A DNA stretch of 62,119 nt, the filler included, from Bipalium vagum (taxonomy: Eukaryota): NCBI GenBank assembly GCA_037834085.1. It is 3 parts of 3 records of this genome, joined end to end, with 100 filler letters (N's around TTAATTAATTAA, not from the genome) between each part and the next. Parts side by side here need not be neighbours in the genome. Positions count along the whole stretch, not along the records: positions 46,368 to 62,119 come from JBBMKC010147980.1; 2 more parts are not named here. One strand, 5' to 3'. Each line of letters begins with the position of its first letter. The stretch's first letter is position 1. Of the stretch, positions 52,562 to 62,119 are shown one piece after another. Under the pieces are notes generated by a model. That model ran no database searches, had not been told where the DNA came from, and was given only the letters and a program-made list of their open reading frames with translations. Made by a program: the position numbers and the translations under genes.

Positions 52562-53269
52562 ATGGAATTCAGAAAATGTAAACAATTTGAGCATATAAAA
52601 CTCATTGAAAATTCTAGAGAAATTCGTAATCAATATTATTCTCATTCGTGTAAACAATGTGTAAGTAATCAAGAAAGAAATTAAGAAGAGAGTTACATTG
52701 AGAAGAGACAAGAAAATGTTAGAATAATAAATCCATCATTAGATAATAAAATTTAATATAGATAAACAAATAACAGATTTTAGATATAGACTAAAACGAG
52801 ATTATTATGTTTATAAAAGTTCATGTAAAGAATGTGAAAAGGAATATGAAAAATAAGAAATCCAATATACAGGTATTATGAAAATCATAGGAAAAATTTT
52901 AGTATATCAAAAGAATTATGTAAAAAATAATCCTGATTTTTTATTTAAACAAAATATTCAAGGAAGTATTTTAAGACTTTTAAAAGAAGGTAAATCTTAA
53001 AATTGATAAATTAATTAGGAATTTTTCTTTTGGAATTTTTTGGAGAATGAAATGAGTTTAATTTTGATAAAAATATGAATTTGGTAAATCAAGGAAATTA
53101 TTGGTACGTTGATCACTTTCTATCAGTTTTATCATTTTATTTATCAATTGAAAAAAATGTTAAAATTTTTAAAAATTGGAAAGGTCTAAGACCAATAGAG
53201 CTAAAAGAAAATTTATCTAAAGATAATAAAATTGATATAACTCTATTTATTTTATCAAAGGAAAGCTGA
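52562..53269 (+). pseudogene. Virus-type HNH endonuclease, putative homing endonuclease, decayed
   Basis: MEFRKCKQ...HSCKQC...SSCKEC (CxxC pairs), then EFLENEMSFNFDKNMNLVNQGNYWYVDH...SFYL...KIFKNWKGLRPIELKENLSKDNKI. This resembles the MxWxNYGxxWHIDH...NWxNLxP....NLSK pattern of HNH endonucleases of large DNA viruses. Internal stops and frameshifts. Confidence 0.75.
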
Positions 53270-53290
53270 ATATTTTATTAACTTAAAACA

Positions 53291-53543
53291 TGCAACACCT
53301 TCAAATTGCGGGAATCTCCTAAAGTCTTCTTTTACTATTTCATCGGAGAAATCTTTTGAATGATCTCAGGTAATGACTGATCTCGGTAGTAAAAACAAAG
53401 AAGAATATATGGAAAATCAGCAGCTAAGATTAGAATATGGAGAAGGTTCAGAGACTGAACAGAGGTATACATGAGAAATCTAATCAATTTCAATGATTTC
53501 TTAAGACATAGTCTAGCTTGAATAGAAATAATCAAGAAGTCTG
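53291..53543 (+). ncRNA. Group I intron ribozyme core, IC1-like
   Basis: P AAATTGCGGGAA (53303-53314), Q AATCAGCAGC (53415-53424), R GTTCAGAGACTG (53446-53457), S AAGACATAGTCT (53503-53514). P3, P4, P5a/b/c, P7, P8, P9 and P9.0 pairings can be drawn; omega-G at 53543. Confidence 0.92.
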
Positions 53544-53760
53544 CCAGGAACAAATATTGATAACGTTTCGAAAATTATGAAGACGTTTCAGAAAATCCAA
53601 AAAGTAATTGATTATATTTTGATCCATATTTTGGAAAAGGATTAAAAGATGAAATTTTAAATAATTTAAAATATGATAATTTAGATAAATCTGAAAATAA
53701 AGAATTTAAAGAATTATTACAAAAATCGAGTAAGAATAAAATTAAGATTGTAAAAGAAGG
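53544..53760 (+). pseudogene. 3' exon of the intron's host gene (Polinton-like, PLA2-motif candidate)
   Basis: Starts CCA GGA ACA AAT ATT GAT (PGTNID), then after a frameshift RFENY...SN*LYFDPYFGKGL. Resembles the parvoviral-type PLA2 (Y/C)GPGT...KR motif and the GLYLxPY..GxGL motif of Maverick proteins. Confidence 0.5.
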
Positions 53761-54974
53761 AAATTGTGGGGACTCCCAGGCAAACTTCCAGCGATTTCAG
53801 GAGACGAAATATAATCCTTTTAAACATTTTCATGAATCTAGACATTTTTTGTGATTCTGTCAACCATTTTCTTTGTGTGATCTTTTATTACCTTTTGCAT
53901 GGAACAGAAATATTGTAAAAAGCTTTTTATTGTACATGTGTATAAAATATATGTTAAATAAATTATGTAAATTATTATTGATAAGTCCTGAAGCTATAAA
54001 TCATAAAATATAAAATAAATAAATAAAATTAAAATAATAAGTAATATTAAAATTAAAATAATGCTAAATTTAGAAAGTTCAGCAAAAATAATTACTAAAA
54101 ATAAAAATAATATTCTATAACCGAATAAATAATAAAAAAAATAATGTATAAAAAATTAAAATTAGTAAATTTAGATTACTAAAAATAATTAAAAGACAAA
54201 AAATTTTAATATAAATTAAACTGTCTATACTTATAAAACTCAGCAAAAAACGAGAAATAATTACAACGACATTAATTAAACGTCAACTAGAGTCTACATC
54301 AAATCAGAAACCGAATCCCAACCAGTCATTTAAACACAATTCACTTGATACGAAAATATCAAATATCGACTAGACTGTCAGAAATCGGATACAAAGAGAG
54401 AAAAGGAAAACTATATAAATTTGGGCAAAAATAATCACAAAAAGAGTGAGAAATTATAAATTCTCAGAGGAGGAAAACGACCGAAAAGGAACCATAAAGG
54501 AACGACGATAAAGAAACAAATTGAATAAACAGAAGAAGAAAAGGACTCAGACGAACAATCAAAGATTCAAGTCTCTAAAATGAAAATTCCAAAAGAACAA
54601 TCTCGAAAATCTTTCCGAAGGAAAATTAATAGACCGTATTTCGATTCAGAAGTATTACAGTCTAATCCGCAGATATAATATCCTTAAGTAATTATTTTGA
54701 TATTTATAAATTTTTAACAATCAGTAGTATCAATTTGATTTCAAGTTGAATATTACGATCATCTTTAAAATTAGCATGGATTATACAATTGGATAGATCC
54801 CCAAACGTCAAGTAGGACGGAGAAGCGATTTTTTATTTCGAGGGCTCTTTAAGCTAAGATTGCAAAGAGTATAACCTGATATCTTGAAGTTTAACCGGGA
54901 CTTATCATTAATAATAATATTGTTCTTATTTGTTCAACAAAGGTGTTAAAACTAAGTGTTAGGTTCAAATAAAT

Positions 54975-55046
54975 TGGAGACACCGGGATTCGAACCCGGG
55001 ACCTTTCTCATGCGCATGGACTGCTCTACCGCTGAGCTACGTCCCC
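54975..55046 (-). tRNA. tRNA-Ala(CGC)-like gene with disrupted anticodon stem (probable pseudogene)
   Basis: GGGGACGTAGCTCAGCGGTAGAGC A GTCCA TGCGCAT GAGAA AGGTCCCGGGTTCGAATCCCGGTGTCTCCA: A and B boxes, D and T arms and the G3:U70 Ala determinant are intact; only 2 of 5 anticodon-stem pairs form. Confidence 0.8.
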
Positions 55047-55369
55047 CATTCATTTTTAATCTAAACTCCTTACACTAAGTATCAATTATTTTTAAATCTA
55101 TATTAAAATAAATTTTTCAAAATCATATTAATTTGTTTTGATTTGTCTTAGTGATTAAAATTTTCATTTGGTAATATTCACTTTCAAATATTGGTTTTGT
55201 TTCATTTACACGCAAATTACAGTTACCTCGTCTATTTAAAAATTAAACATAAATAAACGCAACCTTTCACATAAACCAAACGTTACACTCTCTAAATCCT
55301 TCTGAAATAATAATATTAACAAGCGAGCCACGTAAAGTTTTGTAAGATCATCATAAAATCAAAAAACTT

Positions 55370-56060
55370 AACAAAATGGTTTATATTTTGACCCTTATGA
55401 AAAAAATTAAATATGTTTCTAAATATCATATTCAAAAATATCTCAATTTATGACTTTTAGAATTCGTTAGAATGCAACCAAAAATTTTGATATAATTTTA
55501 AAATTTTCTTACTTAAGCTTTTAGGAATAACTTTTTCAAAAAATGATGAAAAATTTATAATTGTTGATGAAATTTGTTGTGAAAGATGTGAAGATATCCA
55601 TACTGAAAATTGTAAGATCTGTGATTTAATTCATTTTTAATTCTTTCTCATAACTTTATATAATTCTGATTTAGAAAATACATATGAATAATTAAGTTTT
55701 AAATAAGAATCACCAATGATTATTGTGAAATTTTAAATTAAATTTGATCTATTTTCTGAATAAAATATTTTATTTTTTAAAAATGGAAGCATCTTTACAA
55801 AACGTATCAAATCTTTTATCTAAAAATGCTCAACACTGTTTATTATAGAAAGTAAAGGCTCAGACATATCATTTAAGTTAGGTACACCACTAAATCTTCA
55901 TCCAAATTATAAATATGAATTACCCTAAATTTATTTTTCAACTTATAATTCTATATTTAATATTAATGAAAAAATAATATAATATATCTAACTGTTACAG
56001 ATTCAAAAGGAAACAAAGTATCTCGAAAAATAAAGATAACTTCAGCAGCATTTGGGATTT
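55370..56060 (+). pseudogene. Polinton-like remnant including minor capsid (penton) N-terminus
   Basis: QNGLYFDPY near 55372-55400; a short Cys-rich fragment ICCERCEDIHTENCKIC; from 55783 MEASLQ.../FIIESKGSDISFKLGTPLNLHPNYKYELP*IYFSTYNSIFNINEKNN, matching the penton N-terminal P.L...YE..L....YNSI.NI...NN pattern. Confidence 0.6.
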
Positions 56061-56733
56061 TTGATATCTTCATATATTGTGAATGGATTTAAAATATTTT
56101 ATAAAAAAAAATTATAAATAATTTTATAAAAAAATAATAAATTTATAATAAAAAAATTTATAAAATATTTATTTATAAAATATATATGTAGATACGGTGA
56201 TATATAAAATCTCCAAATATATAATTTAGCATAAAATTCTATGAAAGTTTGAGTAGAAATTTCATCTTTATAAGAAGTAATACATCAAGTTTTAAAGAAT
56301 CTTAATTTATATCTCACATCTTCGAAATTTCATTATTATCTAGAATTAACTCTACAAATACAGAATACGTATTTTGCGAGTTCTAAGGCATGGTATTTTA
56401 CAAATAATCTTAATGTCTGTAATTTCATCGAAAGTAATATTTTCATTGTTGTAAAAATAAATGTAAAACAAAAACATCAGTGTTACATAATCCCCATATA
56501 TACTTTATTATTTATTATTAATAAATCAACCGTTATTTAATTGTATGAAATACTATTGTCTTTAAGAACTCTCATTTGATTTTAACTTTAAACTATTATA
56601 TTTATTAAATTAAATCATCAAATTTGTCAAAGTTAATTATGAAAGGAAAGTTAATTTATAAAATTGATTTTCAGATAAATCAGATAATTCAATTTCCTGA
56701 TTTCATAACTATAGTAATTGAATCCATCTTCAT

Positions 56734-59700
56734 ATGAGAGAAATTGTGCACATTCAAGTAGGTCAATGTGGCAATCAAATGGGTGGAAAAGTATTTCTTT
56801 GATGTCTTAAATCTTGCGATATAATATTTTATTATTATACTTAAGTTTTGGGAGGTAATCTCTGATGAACATGGCATCAGTGTGGATGGATTTTATAAAG
56901 GTGACAGTGATTTACAGCTGGAAAGAATATGTGTATATTATAATGAAGCTACTGGTTCGATTTTTTCAAAACTTTTATAAATAATAATATCTTTTAAGGT
57001 GGAAAATTTGTTCCTCGTGCAATCCTTACGGATTTGGAACCTGGAACAATGGACTCCTTAAGATGTGGAGTAGTTGGAAACCTGTTTAGACCTGACAATT
57101 TTATTTTTGGCAGCACAGGGGCTGGTAATAATTGGGCCAAAGGACATTATACAGATGGAGCTGAACTAATTGATAATGTCATTGAAGTGGTTAGAAAAGA
57201 ATCAGAAAATTGTGAATGTTTGCAAGGATTTCAAATCATCCATGCGTTAGGTGGAGGAACTGGAGCAGGAATGGGAACACTGTTGATTAGTAAAATTAGA
57301 GAAGAGTTTCCTGATCGAATTGTTTGTAGCTTTTCATGTGTTCCATCTCCAAAGGTACCATGGTTAATTGGAATAATTAAAAGAATTTTTATATCATTAT
57401 AATATTGAGATTGTTAAAATTCTAAAATTTGGTACTTAAAAATAATTATTAAAAAACATAATACGCAGCAATTAAGTAATAATTATTTTTATATTTTTCA
57501 TCATAATTTATTTTTATTTTTATTATTATTTAATAATTTTTTTATAAAAATTGTATTCTTAGTTAAATAATTATTTATATTTATTATTTATTTATATTAA
57601 TAATTACATGAAAACCAAAGTTTCTCAGATTTCGAAAAAAGTAAAAATATGACAAGAAATCATAAATGGAGTTGTAATTGCGTGACCTCCATGATGAAGA
57701 AAAATAAACAATTTAATATGTTAAAATACATACCAAATAAAATTTCTGGAAAGCATTATTATTTCATTCTCAAAGATAACTGAAACCGAAACTTAACACT
57801 TTCAAGAATTTATAGTCATATTAAGACGAATACGAGTTGCAGAGCTCTTTTGAAGATTTTGAAATAGCGGTTATCATTACCAATAAGAGAAAAAATAGAA
57901 ATCAAAAGAAATACAGAAACAATGAAACCCATACAAATAAGAATTACTAACCTGCTTCATCAAATAAAGTATTGAGTTTAAACTTAATGGTTAAATGTGA
58001 ATGGGTAAACAATTAATGGTTTCATCTTAATTAAATTGCTTCTTTGGACTGGTATTTGAGTGACGAAAAACCCTTTTGATAATTTTTTTTAAAAATCAAT
58101 TCATTATGACAATCTATGAAACAATTAACGTTGTGTGATACCAAGCAAATCCAATATATCAATACCCAAATAGAGTACCTGAGATTCAAAAGAAATTTCT
58201 ATTTGGTATTATATTGGCTTAATAATAAAAAAATTTTAAAGAGTCAATATTGGACAAAGGAAAAGTGACAACTTTAATCAAAGCAATCTCAGTAATTATC
58301 TAGGTCTTTTTGTCATCTTATAGGTAAATTCTTTATCCCATCTTCATGATAGTGATGGACTTTGATATAAAAAGTCCAGGGCAGTTTTGATATCATCCTT
58401 TGTTGAAAATTGTCTACTACTTAGGTAATTTTGTTGAAATCTGAACAAGTGATAATCTGAAGAGGTCATTTCAAATGAGTATACAAGCTAAGGAAGAAGT
58501 TACCATTCTAAATAATTAACTTTTTGAAATCACTCTCAAGTTTGGAGTCGAGCACTGTCATGTCAGAAATGTCATTCATTCTGTTGATCAGGTCTGGAGT
58601 TGCATTTTTCGATTCAACTTGGAGCTATCCTAATTGATCAGAGTAGACTTTTGCTTTGATAAACATGTTTTTGGCAATAACTCAAAATATATTACACTTC
58701 TATTATCCGATGAGGGTGAAGTGGCTTCTGACTCGGTGTTAGTTTTCCTTCTTTTAATATTAACCTGGCACATTCACTATTCTTTTTCAAAAGTTTTCTT
58801 TCTTGAATCTTGAAACAAAAGATGAGCAAAGCAACAACCTGTCATGTTTGGTTTTTTCACTCAACCAATGAAGAAACCAAAACCCTTTTCACTTAATTAT
58901 TTTATTTAGTGAAGATGAATTTCAATGGTGGTGTGAGAGACTTGCAGAAAATCCAATATTGTGATAATTGTTTAAAATAATTTTTAAATTAGTTTTCTAA
59001 TAAATTATATTACTTGCCTTTTGAACTTTACAAGCCAATATTATGAAGTCCTAAAACCTTCTGAATAAATAATTCGTTAGCATATTAATCAATACTATTT
59101 CATTCGAAGCAAAATTTGTTCCAAAGCAATTTGAATGAGTAAAACATGAAAAAATAATTACATGAAAAAAATAAGCAGTATTTTAAACAAATATTTATAA
59201 AGAGCATAATATAAACTTACAAATGATATAATTTATTGATCTAAACTTGACCTAAATAAAAAAACATCAAAAACCTGCATTTATATTGCATCGACCTAAT
59301 ATTACAGATTTTTAAACTAATTACTGAAATAAAAATCAAATTTTATAGTAAACTATTAAATTTGACTCGCTTATTACCATATCATTTTTAATAGGTCTCA
59401 GATGTCGTCGTTGAGCCATACAATGCTACCTTATCAATCCACCAATTAGTTGAGAATTGTGATGAAACATATTGCATTGACAATGAGGCATTATATGACA
59501 TTTGCAATCGAACCCTTAAATTAACCAGTCCTACATACGGTGATTTAAACCACTTAGTTAGTGCAACCATGTCAGGAGTCACAACATGCTTAAGATTTCC
59601 TGGTCAGTTAAATGCAGATCTGAGGAAATTAGCTACCAACATGATACCTTTTCCACGACTTCACTTTTTTATGCCTGGATTCTCTCCTTTAACAAGTCGT

Positions 59701-60192
59701 CATTCTCAACCATATCGTTGTTACTCTGTTCAAGATCTCACTCAACAAATGTTTGATTGCAAAAATATGATGGCGGCATGTGATCCTCGTCATGGTAAAT
59801 ATCTTACAGTAGCAGCAATGTTTCGTGGTAGGATGTCAATGAAAGAAGTGGATGAACAAATGCTAAACGTCCAAAACAAAAACAGTGCCTATTTTGTTGA
59901 ATGGATCCCAAATAATGTGAAGACTGCTGTTTGTGACATACCACCAAGAGGATTGAAAATGTCAGTTACATTTATTGGAAATAATACTGCTATTCAGGAA
60001 ATATTCAAAAGAGTTTGCGAGCAGTTTTCTGCTATGTTTCGCAGACGCGCTTTCTTGCACTGGTATACCGGAGAGGGGATGGATGAGATGGAATTTACAG
60101 AGGCTGAATCAAATCTTAATGATCTTATCAGTGAATATCAACAATTCCAGGATGCAACGGTTGATGATGAAATACAGGCAGCCGAAGCCTAA
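56734..60192 (+). CDS. TUBB: Beta-tubulin
   Basis: Exons 56734-56790, 56846-56954, 56999-57354, 59395-60192: [35 protein letters not shown], through [19 protein letters not shown]. Confidence 0.99.
58280..59301 (-). mobile_element. Decayed mariner in beta-tubulin intron 3
   Basis: Terminus TATTAGGTCGATGCAATA at ~59300; HDSARL and [10 protein letters not shown] motifs at ~58430-58565. Confidence 0.75.
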
Positions 60193-60879
60193 TAATTTAA
60201 TGTATAATTTCAACAGATGTCTTTAATTTATAAAAACCTCATTTAATGAGAATTTATTGTATATATAAAAACAGCTACTTAAAATGTTGCTTAATAAAAT
60301 TCATCTAAAAATTAATTTTAATAATAATTTCATGAAAATGATATTATTTTTATATTTTCAATATAAATATTTGAAAATTATATTCATTATTCAATTTTGT
60401 TTAATGACATCACTTTACGTGATTAAATTTTTAATATTTTTTAATTTTTAAAAAAATATTTTGTACACTATCAAAATAATAAAACACTATAAAAAAGATT
60501 AAGATTAAAAAGTCGTAATATTTTGGATAAATATATTTTTGAAGAAATAAACTAGTCTAAATATCAAACGAGATGTAATAAAGAATAAAGGACGATATTT
60601 CGCTAATAAATTTCAGTAAAACTGTTTTAAATGGTTACAATTTCTAAGATTATTGAAATTCAACATCAAATATTATTGAAATCCCGATTGGGATATGAAT
60701 TAAAATTTAATTCTGTTGCTCCAATAATTACATTAATTTAATAAATTATGCAAAATAATACTGAAAAGAAATTTTTTAAAAAATTATATTAAACATTATG
60801 GAAAAATGAAACAAGAAATAAAGATATGAGTAAAATAATTTTTACTATAGTTAAAAGACAAAAAAAGTCAAATATGTAT

Positions 60880-61960
60880 TCCAAATTACAGTTTTTCTTA
60901 AGGAAATTTTAATCAAAGGAGTTCCTGAAAGTTGGAACATCTTTAAATTAAGAAAATCATTAGCTTTTAGATCTTAACATACTTTACAATTTTTATAATA
61001 TTTTATGTAAGCAATAACATTTTGAAAAAGGTAACATGATTATTTTGTAAATGTCGGGAACGTCATTTACGGATTCTAAATCAAAAACTAATCCAAATCC
61101 TGGAATTGGTTTAAAATATATATGGAGCAAGTCCCCATAGTGGATGACTTCAACCAATATCTTTATTTTTGATTGCCTCAAGGCCAAGGTAAAAGAATAG
61201 GAGTGGACAAGATCCTTGACGGGGTTTTGAAAGATTTCCAGCTGGTATTCAAATCCCAAAATATTCTTACATTCTAGGCTTCTATTCCACTTTAAAAATA
61301 GAGTGGTGGATACCCAAACACTGTCATTATCTTTGGCTAGACCGGGTGAGGGGAGGAAAAAAGGGTGGGATTTGATGAGCTTGTCAGAAAGACACTGAAA
61401 TCAATAACCGACACGACATTGATCCAAAGTGCAAATATTTCATATTTGTATACGGCATTTGGTGATTTCGGTATAGTTCCTGGGAACGATGAGTACCAAG
61501 TTTGCAATGTGGTGCAGGGACTAAGATTTCTGACGATCAATGAACAGCAATGCAGGTCACTCTTGACCCAATCCATATTTAATAATATAAAGAAAAGGTT
61601 CCGTATAGAAATCTCGGTCTAACATTGAGATGGCTCAGCGATAAGCTTGATCTTAATGCTCAGAACACATGGTGGACCACGCCATGGGTTTCCGTGAAGG
61701 CTCTCCGATCCATAAGTATAGAATACGAATTCACTACTACAACAGGTGAATGAGTCATGTGAGCCAAGGTTGAGTTTTTGGTTGTTCCTCAAAAGAGCAT
61801 GCAGCGCATTGGTTTTTCATGATTAAATCACGGAGCAACAATTTGGCGCTTAAGTTTTGTCCTCTGAACATTGTGAAGGGGCGAGACATCCAATGCAGAC
61901 TCTGCAAAACTACAGTGGTGTTGGGTTAGCCAAGGACACATCCCTGTACACCCTTGTAAA
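60880..61960 (-). mobile_element. Decayed LTR-retrotransposon pol (RNase H / integrase zinc finger) remnant
   Basis: GC-richer decayed coding region; EVIHYGDLLH...NVIAYIKYYKNCKVC resembles the integrase HHCC region. Many stops. Confidence 0.5.
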
Positions 61961-62047
61961 AATTATATGTTAGAGACCGCAATAGGGTCTAGATTAGTTA
62001 TAATTATTATAAATTAATTATTAATACCGCAAAAGGATCAAAGGTAA

Positions 62048-62048
<1 letters not shown>

Positions 62049-62119
<71 letters not shown>
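62049..62119. repeat. (AAT)n microsatellite
   Basis: Pure AAT run to the window end. Confidence 0.95.

Noticed and set aside
53291-53543. Intron as part of an rDNA fragment or organellar insertion
   Set aside because: Flanks read as decayed protein-coding viral-type sequence with no rRNA or mitochondrial gene motifs visible.
54200-54690. Purine-rich coding-like stretch between the intron locus and the tRNA
   Set aside because: Interrupted by stops, with no motif I can assign; probably decayed retroelement.

Overview
AT-rich animal nuclear DNA, judged from TFAP4, a GRK4/5/6-type kinase, metazoan beta-tubulin intron positions and many 41-55 bp GT-AG introns. Two artificial 100-nt spacers (N44-TTAATTAATTAA-N44) split it into three segments. 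Recognisable host genes are DNase II (partial), MRPS36/KGD4, TFAP4 (5' part), GRK5/6-like (5' part), a divergent Kunitz-domain gene, an unidentified multi-exon gene, ATAT1/MEC-17 and beta-tubulin. They lie among many decayed mariner/Tc1, MITE and Ty3/gypsy elements. Several decayed fragments of a Maverick/Polinton (adintovirus-like) element are scattered through the window: PolB-associated N-terminus, minor capsid, A32 packaging ATPase and a possible major capsid. The top finding lies between ATAT1 and beta-tubulin: a nearly intact IC1-type group I intron core (P, Q, R, S, P5abc, P7, P8, P9, omega-G at 53543). It is preceded by a decayed virus-type HNH endonuclease ORF and followed by a 3' exon reading PGT...LYFDPYFGKGL. 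This suggests a mobile group I intron with a homing endonuclease, carried by a Polinton-like virus gene and endogenised in an animal genome. All family assignments come from motif recognition by eye, not database searches.
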